Shown: positions 12,307-25,086 of the stretch, piece after piece
Layout of the letters: every line of letters starts with the position of its first letter
Numbering within the stretch: position 1 is the first letter of the stretch
Source of the DNA: Octopus sinensis
Lineage: Eukaryota
Length of the DNA: 64,000 bases
Assembly: GCF_006345805.1 (NCBI RefSeq)
Contig: NC_043011.1
Coordinates: 9,796,001-9,860,000 of the forward strand
Reading direction: 5' to 3'
Program-made: the position numbers and the translations under genes
Notes under the pieces: generated by a model
Databases searched by the model: none
Told to the model about the DNA's origin: nothing
What the model saw: the letters and a program-made list of their open reading frames with translations, nothing else

Positions 12307-13111
12307 TAGAGGGAAACCACTATGTGGACACCCTTATGCTAGAAATAGATCTGCTATGGTCTTACCACTAAGAAATGTTCTCAAGAAAAATTTAGCAAAA
12401 CAACCAAAACGTAATCGAGCAAGACAAAAGAAAAAGAAATTAAAAATATGGATTATTCACATACATGTTTCACTATTAACACATTACGTAATTTTACTTA
12501 CATAAATGTATACACACACACACACGCACACACACACACACACACACGTTTTTAGAAATATATGTGTATGTATGTTGCACGTTTGTCATTAGCTAACTCT
12601 TCTCTACATTTCTGAAACTTTCTCAAACAAGGTGTGTGTGTGTGTGCATGTGTGTGTAGATGCACATATATATGTATGTGCATGTACATACATATACACT
12701 CAGTCCTTGTTGGAGGTTGCTGAAGTGAACAAATTTCTTGAGCTTCTATATTTCTGCGGTTGATACGTTTCCTTACCTGTCTACGATGTTGTCCCTCCCT
12801 CCCTCCCTACCCTGACAAGCAGTTTACAAACTGCATCCATGCAGCCAACATCAGTCTTTTGCTCCTCCACCCCGTCCACCATCCCTACATTAGTTTATTT
12901 TTCTGTAAATGTTCCACATCATCTTCACCAAAACAAAATTGTTACCCCTAATCTCTCTTTTCTTACATTCTGTCTCCCTGAGGCCTCCAAGTCCTTGTTC
13001 CTCTTCCCACCGAATCATTGCACAACCTAAACCTGGCCAAGCCAAGGTTCCCCACTCGACCACCAAACATACTCAAGTTCAAATGGAAACAAACCTTATT
13101 CACCTTTCCAG

Positions 13112-13174
13112 CTACACCTTGTGACGATACAGCAAGACCAAAGACAACTGGAACAATTGTCAAGACTGGAGGAG
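13112..13174 (+). CDS. Candidate 63-nt phase-0 coding exon (LHLVTIQQDQRQLEQLSRLEE), protein unidentified
   Basis: Acceptor aaccttattcacctttccag| and donor GAG|GTGGGC; 21 open codons with coiled-coil-like composition. Confidence 0.4.
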
Positions 13175-13656
13175 GTGGGCATGACATTGGAAGGGCTTTG
13201 TTGCCTCCATAACTGGGGAGTAGTACAGTCCCCTCTTTTTCAGACTAAGCAATGTAAACAAAATCAATTTGAAATACTCTAAAACAACCAATGGCCTTGA
13301 GAAACTATTTTAGAATGTTCTGGATATTGATATGATGCTTGTACCACCTGCAGTGAACATTAAGACCTGTTAATCTCAAGTGTAAATCTCAAAAGGTTTC
13401 ATGTTCACTACAAAAGAATTAAAGAATAAAAAAAGTTCTTTTCTTTGAGATTGCTCACATTTTGTTACTGGAAAAATATCAAAATTAAATTGCATAACTG
13501 TTGCCAGGTGCACTAAATATGTAAAACCAAAAAAAGCAGTTATTCATCAATAAAAGATATACTGTTATCAAATTCCAACTGTAAATAATATTATCATCTT
13601 TTTCAGGAGGAAGTCATGCATCAGACTTATTTCTGGGGAATTCAGAAGAGAGAAAG

Positions 13657-13778
13657 AAAAGACAGGGCAAAGAAGAGATAGAAAAGGGAAAGACAGGGCA
13701 GAGAAGAGATAGAAAAGGGAAACACAGGGCAAAGAGGAGATAGAAAAGGGAAACACAGGGCAAAGTGGAGATAAAAGG
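13657..13778 (+). repeat. 31-bp minisatellite, ~4 copies (gaaacacagggcaaagaggagatagaaaagg)
   Basis: The (g/c)acaggg core recurs at 13661, 13692, 13723 and 13754. Confidence 0.9.
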
Positions 13779-14505
13779 TGAAAAGGAGGCATTATTCAAA
13801 ACACAGAATGCTGTTAATGTGGGGTTAAAAGGAACCCTTCTTGTTCTTGTTCTTCCTCGTCTTCTTATTCCTCCTTCTCTTTCTCCTCATCCCTATTTAT
13901 TGAATTCCTCTTTACTTTCTATCATACTAAAACTTTAAAAAATCATTCTAAGACAATACAATAACATCTTACCCCCCCCCACACACACACTTAACTATAT
14001 ACTATCATTACAATACTGTATTCCACTCAAATACTGCCATTCTATTAATCTAAATTGTCTTCAATTAAATCTGGTTTTCCTTGCAACATTAATAAACTAC
14101 CAACACAATGTTTCCTTCCTTCCTGACTTGTATTTTTGACCGATTCCAATTAGTTCTGCTCAAACACAAACAAGACACATAAAATTTTAGTTCCAAAATA
14201 TGGAATGAATGGCCAAAGTGTTGTGAGAGAATTTCATTTTCTTAGCTTGAGAAGAATTATGCCCAAATATTGTTTACTGTTGAGTAATCACAAGGTCTAT
14301 AGGTGAGACTAAACAACATTCACTCAACCCCACTATATTACTGGTAATTTTTTAGTATTAATGCTGTAAATTTGGAAAGAATACCTGAAGTTAGAAACTG
14401 TTGACAAGATTTGAACAAAAAGGAATAAAAGACAATACTAGAATCTACTTGGTGCTGGGCTCTGTCCTGGGAACCATGTCCAGTGCTGCTACAACAGCAG
14501 TCCTT

Positions 14506-14850
14506 CATCATCATCATTTAACGTCCGTTTTCCATGCTAGCATGGGTTGGACGGTTCGACCGGAGTCTGGTAAGCCATGAAGGCTGCACAAAGCTCCAGT
14601 CTGGTTTGGCAGTGTTTCTACAGCTGGATGCCCTTCCTAACGCCAACCATTCCAAGAGTGTAGTGGGTGCTTTTTACGTGCCACCAGCACAGGGGCCAGA
14701 GTAGGCTGGCAAACGGCCACGATCGGTTGGTGCTTTTACATGTCACCGACACAGATGCCAGTCAGGCGGCGCTGGCATCTGCCACATTCGGACGGTGCTT
14801 TTTACATGTCACCAGCACAGGTGTCTTAACTACAAATTCCATTTTCAAGA
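14506..14850 (-). mobile_element. RTE-family 3' UTR/tail fragment with (ATG)n tail
   Basis: catcatcatcatttaacgtccgttttccatgctagcatgggttggacgg... with internal gtgcttttacatgtcacc repeats; same family as 45370-46385 and 48180-48608. Confidence 0.8.
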
Positions 14851-15351
14851 GAGCCCTTGTCTTATTGATTTGGGTGTGGCTCAAGTTGAGCTACAGGTAC
14901 AATTCCGAAAGGGTTGCAGTGAGAAAATCTTTCATTTTAAATCATTTGATAAAAATATACAATTAATTTTGGAAGGAATGAAAAAATAAATAAATAGCTG
15001 CAGTGGAAGAGTAAATGAAGTTTGGGAAATGAGAAAATAATATTGAGAGGAACTAATAATGGTGACGGAGTTAACACTGAGATGAAGTTGTTAGTGTAAA
15101 CGGCTGGTTTGTTGTTGCAAGAGTGTAACAGGAACAATGAAATGTTGATGCTGTGGTTTCACACAGAAATAATTAACTGCACAAACAGCAGCAGCAGCAG
15201 CAGCAGCAGTGGCAGCAGCAGCAGTAACTAAGAGTCACAAAGATCAATAGATTGTCAAAGAAACAAAACAAACCAGCAACATTATACTACACATTGGGTG
15301 TGTGTGTGTGTACTGATGCATGCATGTGTGTGCATGCATGTATACACACAA

Positions 15352-15375
15352 GTAGTAGTAGTAGTAGTAGTAGCG

Positions 15376-15423
<48 letters not shown>

Positions 15424-15502
15424 GTAGTAGTAGTGGTGGTGATGGTGGTGTGGTGGTGGTGGCGGTAGTAGTAGTAGCGGAGGTAGTAGTGGCGGTGGTG
15501 GT
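15352..15502 (+). repeat. Compound (TAG)n/(TGG)n trinucleotide tract
   Basis: Direct reading. Confidence 0.95.
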
Positions 15503-16419
15503 GTGTTTGTTTATTCCTTTCCATGCAGACCTGATGCTACTTCACAGTTGGTGGTATTATGGATTATTTCCTCTGCTTCTCCTGTTTGCATGCATCCATG
15601 TCTATAATGTATGTGTGTGTGTGTGTGTGTAAACAGGTTGACACCACCACCACCACCACCACCACCACCACTGCCAGTGTGTCTCAATTCCAATGCTGTT
15701 ACTATTAACTCTTGAAGCAGATCAGGAATAAGTGAAACACCCTCAAGACTGCAAGAAATATTTTTGGTAATTTGGTAACAGAAATGAGATGGTCTTGATA
15801 CACCAATCCAGTACACAGGGATGGGCATCAAAGTTTCTGTATAATAACAACACTTCTATTCCTCTCCTTATCACCTTCACAAACCAATTAGTGTGTGTGT
15901 GTGTGCGTGCGTGCGTGCGTGTGTGTGTGTGTGTGTGTGCATGTATGCTAAAGTGATTTATGACTCTTGGCCAACTGTTTCTTTATGTGAAACTTATCAA
16001 ATGCATAGTGGTTGGGCCAAGTTGGGAAATTTACATTTTCCCTTTGTTTTTCTCCCTTTATTTCTTGAATTCTTTCTCTCTTCTTCATTACATTCCTACA
16101 TTCATACTTTCCTTTATTCCTCCAGCCTCTCACTCTACAGCCCTCTCTCCCACCTATTTATCAATTTCTTATATTACACTACACCCCAACACCAGACAAT
16201 GATGTTGTCTATTTTCAAATTATTTCTTTTTATTTTGTAACATCAGAAACTGAGAAGACACAATGTAGAAAAGTTACCCCTCACATCTGTTGAAGATGTT
16301 TTCACACACTTAAAATATAAATTTCCTAACTTGTTATTGATATAAGTTCCATAGAATGAAATATCTGGCCTTTTGTCATGAATCACATCAACAGTCAATG
16401 TAATCCTGAGTCGGAAAAG

Positions 16420-16790
16420 ATCTGACATTGTTAAATAATAGAAAAAAAAACTTTGGTAGATAACCGATGGAGCACCACAAAGTGGTGAAGTGAAGAAGTG
16501 GATATTAACCGAATTTTGTGGCAAAGAAAAGACTGAGCAGCACGGAAATTTGAAGAGAGAAATTCACAAAATGTGGAGCATGAGAAAAAAAGATGAAGTC
16601 ATACCAGTAATACTGAGAGGTGGAGGGTGTTGGACAGTTACAACTAATATATAGACATGGATTAGAATCTTTGGAACTTGTTTCAGAAGATGACAATGTT
16701 AAAGAACAGCTCAGATTTTGAGGAAGGTTCTTGAAATATATGAGAGGATGAGAGTTTTACTCATCTGTTATGGGTTGCTCTCTCTCAACA
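16420..16790 (+). mobile_element. Old R4-like RLE 3' remnant
   Basis: Reads KEKTEQHGNLKREIHKMWSMRKKDEVIP and later ...TAQILRKVLEI*, matching the R4 pattern KEKxxKYxDLKxEIxxMW and GTAxILRKVL. Confidence 0.6.
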
Positions 16791-16871
16791 AAAATAACTG
16801 CTCTCTTGAAATGGCAACTGTGACTACTATTATATTCATTTAATATTATTATTATTATTATTATAAGCAAA

Positions 16872-17261
16872 GGCATGGCTGTAAGTTTGCTTCCTAAGCA
16901 CTAGGTTCTCAGTTCAGTTCCACTGTTTGGCGCCTTGGGCAAGTGCTTTCTTCAATAGTTTTGGGCCAACCAAAGCCTTGTGAGTAGATTTGATAGATGG
17001 AAGCTGAAAGAAGTTTGCTGTATATATATATTTATATATATATGTATATATATATATATACGCATGTGTGTGTCTTTGTGTGTCCCCTATCGCTGCCTAA
17101 CACCAGTTGGGGTGTATATGTCTCTGCCATTCAGCAGTTCAGTGAAAGGGGCCAATAGAAGAAGTACAAGACTTTAAAGAAACAAAAGAAAGTAATGGGG
17201 TCGATTAGTGCAACTAAAGATGCTTTAGTGTGGTGCCCCAGCATGGCCACGGTCTAATGAA
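16872..17261 (+). mobile_element. tRNA-head SINE (type A) with internal (TA)n(TG)n; 3' end truncated
   Basis: ggcatggctgt..., ccttgggcaagtg, ccaaagccttgtgagt and ggtgccccagcatggcc; compare the more intact copy at 44653-45037. Confidence 0.85.
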
Positions 17262-17903
17262 AAAGGTGTGCCCCACAAACGGAGCCGACACACATTCTCT
17301 GTAAAGAAATCGTTGCCAGTGGTGCAGCCTGAGTGCATGTCTGTGCATCAGAAGCCGTGGCATTCCTAAGTCACCAACCAAAAGGTGCTGACAGCAGACA
17401 GACTGCTTGACCATTGGAATGCATCCCTTCCGCAAGGAAATAAATACGAGACACTCCAACCTGATCAAGGTGTCACTGGGGTAAGGCATGATGGTCAGGC
17501 AATCAGTGGTGGTGGTGATGTAGGCATTTGCAACTTCTGTCCAAACTTTCAAAAAGATAGAAGATTACTATCATATATCCGGAAAGAGAGGAAGATGTCC
17601 CTGAAAGGTTGGACAGAAGTTGCAAATGCCTACATCACCACCACCACCACCACCACCACTGATTGCCTGACCATCATGCCTTACCCCAGTGACACCTTGA
17701 TCAGGTTGGAGTGTCTCGTATTTATTTCCTTGCGGAAGGGATGCATTCCAATGGTCAAGCAGTCTGTCTGCTGTCAGCACCTTTTGGTTGGTGACTTAGG
17801 AATGCCACGGCTTCTGATGCACAGAGATGCACTCAGGCTGCACCACTGGCAACGATTTCTTTACAGAGAATGTGTGTCGGCTCCGTTTGTGGGGCACACC
17901 TTT
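17262..17903. repeat. Fold-back inverted repeat: arms 17262-17551 (290 bp) and 17602-17903 (302 bp), 50-bp spacer
   Basis: The same peptide (LTADRLLDHWNASLPQGNKYETLQPDQ...) appears in ORFs on both strands. By eye the arms differ by two substitutions and four extra (GGT) units. Confidence 0.95.
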
Positions 17904-18735
17904 CTGCAACTTGTCAGTTTGACCGAGCTGCTGTCTTAGTTGAAGGACGACAGACTGCGAGTGTCTGTTGCCTAGAATGCCATCAGATGCTCACAGTCCT
18001 CTACAAGTCGAGCAATAGGATTAATGGATGTTCCAGTGGATTAGTGGTAGGGAAGTGCAACAAAGTCCTCAGGAAAACCCTGGCCATCAGTGAAAATGAA
18101 CTGGCCAGTATGTTTTGGAGGACTTTCCAGTCGGGGACTACTATGGATAATTTCCAGATGTCCTTGGCTTGGCAGTGCTACCCCGGTAGCACCAGTTTGG
18201 GCACCGCCAGTTTGAGATAAACTCTACAGGCAATGTAACCATTCTGCATGTGCACCCGTTCAGTGTCCAGCCATTGATGACTTGTGGAGTTAAGTAAACA
18301 ACTGCAGTCGCATGTGAAATGGACCCACCTGTTGGTTGAGTTCATAGTGATGATTGCCCTACTGCCCTCCTTTAATCAGACAGGTAAGGCAATTTACCTT
18401 AGCCTAGTGGCTGTGGTGAAAGGGATTGTCTGGTGGACAAGGCTGAAATGATTGAGAACAGACACACTCCTCTTTGGTAGAGCCCTCATCGACTTTTTCA
18501 AGTTCCTCTTGAAAAAGAACATGGATGGAGAGAGAGAGGTGTTGTCCTTGAGTAATGTATTGAAAGGAGGGTAAATGTTGTATAAATGGTAAGAGTGGAT
18601 GGTACTGCTCTAAGTGTAGACCTGCAAGTCAGAGAAAAGGAATTGGACAGGACACTTGCCCTTGGTATTCAGGGAGATCTGGGATGGTGGGATTCCTCAA
18701 TTATCCCTAGAGGGCCTCCTGTATCAGAAGGACCA
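17552..18735 (-). mobile_element. Highly degraded LINE-like segment with APE endonuclease remnants
   Basis: Minus strand gives VLLIQE (18716-18733) and LYNIYPP (18565-18585), APE-like motifs; many stops. Confidence 0.4.
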
Positions 18736-19364
18736 CTTCACTATCATCCTTTCTTTCTTTTCTTTTCTTTTACTGTTGTATGTAAACTTCCCTTTCTTTG
18801 TTCCATTGCATTACTTTCCTTTTCTTTTTATCGTTTCATCATTTGTAAACCCCAACACTTTTTGTTTCTCTTTACGTTACCCCTTTCATTCCTTTGCTCT
18901 GACGGCAAATAAAAGAATTTATTATTATTATTATCATTATTATTACTATTATTATTATTATCATTATTATTATTATTTTTATTATTGTTGTTGTTGTTGT
19001 TATTATTATTAGTTGTTGTCATCGTTCCAGTAGAATTTACCTGAATTGCTTAATGTCCAAGACTCAACTGTACAAGTTTCTATTGTATATTTCTTTCTTC
19101 CTCACTCTTGTGAAGTGACTACCATGTAGAGAAGTAGGATGTCTTTACATATCGATTCCAGTTACCAAACACGAGTTCTGTTGCTAATTATGAAGCTTTT
19201 TGGTTGTTATGACAGAGTCTGTCTTTTTTCAGTTCTCTTCAAATTGATTTCAAATTTGGTAAAACTGATTTAGTTTTGTATGTTAATTATGAAAAAGAAA
19301 TTCATTTTTGCTATAAATTAATAAATAAAAAGTTAAGTGCAGCATATAAGCTATTGGGAAAGAC

Positions 19365-19840
19365 TCAAGAGATTGAGACTCTATCCTTAGACCGTAGGCA
19401 AGAAAGATATGCCATAATATACATCTGGAAGATCCTAGAAGGACTTGTCCCAAACTTTGGCAATGAGAGTTACACAAATGCCAGAACTGGGCGCCACTGC
19501 ATAGTGCCAAGGACTCCAAATTTGCCATCAAGATGTAGGACAAGATACTGTGATAGCCTGGGCTTCCGAGGCCCACAGCTCTTCAATATCCTCCCGAAGA
19601 ACCTAAGAGACCTGCATGGGGTGGATGCAGATGTCTTTAAAATGAAACTGGATCTCTTCTTGTCAGGTGTCCCAGATGAACCAACTTCACGGCAGGAGGT
19701 GCAGATGAGGGAAGCTGCATCAAACTCTCATGCACCAGGTGGCATTTGCTAAAAAGCATTTGTGAAGTAAAATCATGTAGCAACACCAAATGGTGGTGCC
19801 CCAGCATGGCCACAGCTTGTGAGCTGAAACTAAATAAAAT
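19365..19840 (+). mobile_element. 5'-truncated CR1/L2-group LINE 3' end
   Basis: ORF 19276..19752: LSLDRRQERYAIIYIWKILEGLVPN ... FRGPQLFNILP..LRD...FKMKLDLFLSGVPDEP...AASNS. Confidence 0.85.
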
Positions 19841-20728
19841 TTTTTTTTTTAAATTAAAAAATTAAAAAAATAAAATAGTTTTAAAAGTTTGCAAACTTTT
19901 GGTAAATTTTACCAATTGGAAAGCCACCATATGACTGTAAGTCTCACATTGGTGTCTTCCCATAGCAACAAGCAAAACTATCTGCCCCATTTCCATTGTA
20001 ACAAGGGCATCATATGCTGCGTAACTGTGATACTTTGATCACCACAACCACAACCATCATAACCACAACCGCTACAACCACCACCACAAGTTCTGATGAA
20101 CAATATCATTTTATGCTTGTCTTATTTCGATCATCATGTGAACAGACAGCAATAATGCAGAAAATGCTGGTTTCCAATTCTTGTCTTCTGAGTCATCTAA
20201 AACTAATCCAACTTTGAGCCATTGAAGCAGTTTTTAAAATGTTTCTAAGAATAAACGAAGCCCAAATTTGGATTCAGTGTAAAAATTACATCAATTTACC
20301 AAATTTGAAAATTTTCACTTAAATTTCAAGTTTCCAAATAGAAGACAACAACTGAAAAGATCCCTAATTACTGTACGTTAGTTATGTTGCTAATGAAAAA
20401 CTATTAATTTTTACCACCAAAAAGTATCGTTAAAGTAAGTGAAGCTTTATCCATTGACTCATAAAAACCAACTATAAAATACGGATGCAATGAAGTAGCA
20501 ATCCTTAGTTCCAATTTGCTGTTTCTCTGATTGATTTTAATTAGGCAGCATCACTACTCCGTTATGGATCACCACAAATATGATGATGTTACATTCATGC
20601 CTTTCTTAATGAATGATATTAGACTTTTGAATTTCAACCAGATCAAAGTGATGTACTCAGCTCTTAATTAATTAATTCACCAATGATACAAACGAAAACT
20701 AACAAACTCCATCAGTCTGGTGAAGTAT

Positions 20729-20942
20729 CCTTTTCTACTCTTGGCACAAGGTCTAAAATTTGGGGGGAGGGGGCTGCCGATTAGATCGACCCCCAGTACA
20801 CAACTGGTATTTAATTTATTTACCTCGAAAGGATGAAAGGTAAAGTCAACCAAAGTGGATTTTGAACTCAGAACGTAAAGACAGATGAAATACTGCTAAG
20901 CATTTTGCCCAGTGTGCTAACGATTCTGCCAGCTTGCCACTT
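20729..20942 (-). mobile_element. tRNA-head SINE (type B) with 11-bp TSD
   Basis: Reverse complement begins ggcaagctggcagaatcgttagcac. TGGTGAAGTAT occurs at 20718-20728 and 20943-20953. Confidence 0.85.
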
Positions 20943-23005
20943 TGGTGAAGTATATATTGACTTGATCATTGTTTTATAGGATTAAGTATATTGAAAAGAG
21001 GCAGGCCCTATTTGATTGACAAGTGACTTGGTCTCAGATCCAGTGTTAAGATTGAAATAATTATATCTTTGACAAAACAGTGATGACAACCATTTAAAGT
21101 ACAAGCATACCATTCTAATGTTGTTGTTGTTGTTATGTCTTTCTGATACTTTTCTTTATTAGAAAGAGTGAAACCTGATTCAGTGTACATCTATAATGTT
21201 ATGCTGGAATAGAATGGCATACACTGAGGAACAATGAATATAGAGGACAGAAAGATAATAACAAACACTGAATGTGTTTGTGTATGTGGGGGGGGGTATA
21301 CACAAACACACTCACACACACACATGCACATACATATACAAACATGTATTTTGCATATCAACACACAGTTTATGTGTTTATGATGTTTATTTATGATGTT
21401 AATTCCTGTAATAGTGAAACAGATACAAACAGTGCCAAAAATTCTTTGAATCAGAAAGAATCAAGTGGATGACTATATTGTTATATTTGCAGAACAATCA
21501 GGATTGTCTAGTGAGGAATTTTGCTACTTATACAAGTGGAAATAGCAAAAAGGAAGACAAAAAGAGACATTTTACACCAATATTGTTTGCAGGAAACATA
21601 TCAAAAGTTAATGGAGGAAAGAAAAAAATACAGAAATAAAAGCAATGAAAACTTTCACAAACTCTACACACACAAAAAAAAAAAACGATTTATAATTTCA
21701 GCTTATTTATGATGTCTTCCATCAGATTGTTGGTAACTACCAAACTTGCTGTTTCTTTCACAGACCCTCAAAATTTCTCAAATTCAAACTAATTTCTAAA
21801 ATAAATGTCAAAGATCTCAAATCTGTTGTCTACAGACAAATATCCAGCAGAATAAACCTGAGATGGTCATCACAAGAAGCATAAACTGAAGATCGAATGT
21901 GATTGATCACTTCTGTAGTAGAGACATATCTCAGATCTGACCCCACCCCCCAATCACAGACCTGCTAACCCAGTAAAGAACAACCCACAATAATTGCTGT
22001 TTTGAGGTATCACACCCATCACTTCCCCAGCAACATTGTCAGAAGCATGGGAACTGATACAAAAAGTGTTTGGTGTTTTATCCAAAGAATAGACCAAGGC
22101 ACCAACAATAACCAGGGTGTAAGTGGGGGGGATGAAGGGAGTGATGCTCATAAGAAGTCTTTAATTAGCATTTCATTAAGGACCACTGACTTTAAACCCT
22201 CTTCTGAGCTCCCTCACCTCTTCCTCTTTCTCTCTCTTATTATTATTCCTGTCTCATTGCTCTGATTTCAAATGCATTCCCAGGGTTATTGTTTGCATGA
22301 AGAATCTATAGTTAAGTATGGTCTAATGTAATGTCATCAAAACAAAGAGAAAAAAGAACAAAAAACTTTTAATTACTTTAAAATGAGTTTTCTTTTGTTT
22401 CATTATTTTCCTTCTTGACCCCTACCCCACCTCATTTAAAGTTCAAAGCCTGCTAAAGGGTACTTAATCCATCCACTGGTTTAACACCATAGCCTGGTCA
22501 TTGGGTTCCTTTAACAGAGTTCGCACCACTGAAAACATTCAGGCCATTCTCCAGTTTGAGGACATGTCCCACCCACTAGTTTTAGACTCCCTATAGAAGG
22601 TCATTGAGGCTGACACCTCATTAAACCCTCCTGTAAAACGGCAAAAGAGATGTAGAGGTCGTCTTGGCATTTAAAAACTGTACAACCTGAGAAATGCTTA
22701 TCCAGAATATTATATGTTTCAGTTGTCTCACACAGACAGGGTCTCAGTAATTAGTGTTAATTAACACTGCACAATTAATTGCTGTAAACATTCAAGAAAT
22801 ACTTTGTTATTGGAGTTAAAGACATGTGGCTTTTATGAAAAAACATTTGAATATGTGGGTTTTAGATTTAACCCACATATCATGGAGGTCAAATTGACTA
22901 ATGACTGGTATGTTATTTATGAATAATGACTAATCTATCAAACTCAGGTGGGATATCTTATTGATATCAAGAATCGACAATTCATCCACCAGAAAACCAA
23001 CAGAA

Positions 23006-23437
23006 GGATCTTTTCAGTTTGATCGGCAGTTTTTAAAATAATTTCCACATAACTAAACACTTTTAAACTTCGTATCCTGGTAGAATGTGTTTATAAAACA
23101 TCTTTTTCTCTTGGCTTTATCGAGAAAATTCTATGGTTTGTAAGATATTTGTTGTTTTTTTTCTTCAATTTCTGTAATTTCAACCAATCAATGACGTCTC
23201 TTGAGGTGAAAACATTCTGTGCCGTATGAATATATCCCTCGTTTAAGAAACAGATTGAGTTTATTTACATTTCTGAAGAAAAAAAGATACCCTTCTCCCC
23301 ACCCTTAACCCTAACCCTTACTAACCCTAACCCTAAAACAGATTGAAATGCAATAGATCGATACTAGGGTCATAATTATGGGTGACAATTTTATATGACA
23401 CCGCTAGAAGAAACTGCCATTCAAACCGAAAAGATCC
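23006..23437. mobile_element. Non-autonomous TIR transposon (MITE), ~27-bp TIRs, probable 8-bp TSD, internal (CCCTAA)n
   Basis: Left end ggatcttttcagtttgatcggcagttt; right end aaactgccattcaaaccgaaaagatcc. Flanks caacagaa (22998-23005) and caacagag (23438-23445). CCCTAA-type repeats at 23302-23336. Confidence 0.85.
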
Positions 23438-23909
23438 CAACAGAGTCTCCTCCCCACCACACACACACCACCATCCACTACCAACAAGAAAAACCACAAT
23501 AAACAAACACTTGACCACCTACATTAGATGGAAGAGGAATTTTACTTCAGCAGTAAAACTATCTCCCAACAACAAAACACCTCCTACCTACGGACCACCA
23601 CCACCACCACCACCACCAGTAGCAGCAGCAGCAGCAGCAGCAGCCAACAACAACAACAACAACAACGACGAAATAATTCTAACAATGGAACAAGAAGTTC
23701 CTGTCTGTCACTGGAAATCTGATCTTAGTCCAAGCGATCAAATATTGGGAATGTCTGCAGCAGGATGAGTTCAAAGCTAAAGATAGCAGCTGTTTTGTGA
23801 ATACATTTTACTAATCATAGACAGATGTTTATGATGTTTATATCATTTGTAGAAATATATAAATCCAGTGGAGAAGCACACTCTGAGACAGAGCAGTTAA
23901 TATTATAAT

Positions 23910-24181
23910 GGGGGCCAGTTTATGGGGTTACCCTAGCTTTCTCAGTCATAAGGGGTTTAGCCTTACAGTGTATCTTCAGTCCTCAAACACTGCTGGCCTA
24001 AGACCTCTTCCAAATATGGAGGGGGAAATGCCTCTCTATAAAAGTAAGCATTAGTTGATTATCTCCCTTTGCCATTCGTCATTGACCGCAAGGTGGCAGC
24101 ACAGTCGAAGCGCAAAGATACGCCGTAAGACTAAAACCTTTATGAGCAAGAAACCCAAAGAAACCCCATAAACCTGGCCCC
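23910..24181. mobile_element. Palindromic MITE with long imperfect TIRs and 9-bp TSD (Mutator-like)
   Basis: gggggccagtttatggggtt... pairs with ...aaccccataaacctggcccc, and similarity continues ~70 bp inward. TATTATAAT occurs at 23901-23909 and 24182-24190. Confidence 0.8.
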
Positions 24182-24486
24182 TATTATAATATATATGTGT
24201 ATGTGTGTGTATGCATTTGTATATATATATTTGTGTGTATATAGATATACATATCCATATATGAAGATGTAATATCATCTGAGCGAGAGTGTAATAGCAT
24301 GCTTTCCGAAGCTCCTCCACAGATTTTGGCTACCTTATGCTATCATACAACAGGGAATCTCCTTTCATTGGATATATAAGTGGAAATCCTTTCATATCTG
24401 CAGAGTTCATACAAAAAGATTATTAAACAAGCAGATAGAATGAAGAAGCATTAATCTAAATCACTACAATTGTTTTTGTGCATCAG

Positions 24487-24561
24487 TGTCAGTTGGTAAT
24501 TGCTTGGTGTTTCATATATTATGCCCATTACTGCATTCGTTGTATACCTGCACATCTTCAG
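24487..24561 (+). CDS. Weak candidate exon (75 nt)
   Basis: ttgtttttgtgcatcag| acceptor and a perfect CAG|GTGAGT donor. Two frames are open (CQLVIAWCFIYYAHY... or SVGNCLVFHILCPLL...). No homology recognised. Confidence 0.2.
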
Positions 24562-24996
24562 GTGAGTAGTTTCTAAGCCACTGCTGGATCATCTAATTTC
24601 CCATTGTGTTGTACTCTTATTCTACTTTTAGTTGACTAAGAGCAACACAGAAATACAAAGAGATATAAATTAGAAGAAAAAAAAGCCTGTTCATTCCATT
24701 TTCTTGTTTTATAATTTTTGACTATGAAGATGTGTATGTGTGTGTTTGTAATATGTGTGTAAACACACACACATATATTCATATGTATATATATATGTGT
24801 GATACACACATATATGTATATACATATATATGTGTATATGTGTATATAACGGGAAGGTTTACGAAAATAAAAAGACGAAGGCAGGTGGAGTACAAACAAA
24901 CAAATGTATTAGTATGGCGCTCATATATATGTGTGTATATGTACATACACACATATTGCACACACATACACATCTTCATTTGTGTGCATATGTATG

Positions 24997-25048
<52 letters not shown>

Positions 25049-25053
25049 TATAT

Positions 25054-25086
<33 letters not shown>

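Noticed and set aside
23302-23336. Telomeric repeats as a chromosome end or fusion scar
   Set aside because: Only ~5 imperfect units, located inside a TIR element.
23382-23768. ORF with poly-P, poly-A and poly-N resembling a transcription-factor low-complexity region
   Set aside because: It starts inside a MITE and is built from CAC/CAG/CAA repeats; no domain and no convincing splice sites.
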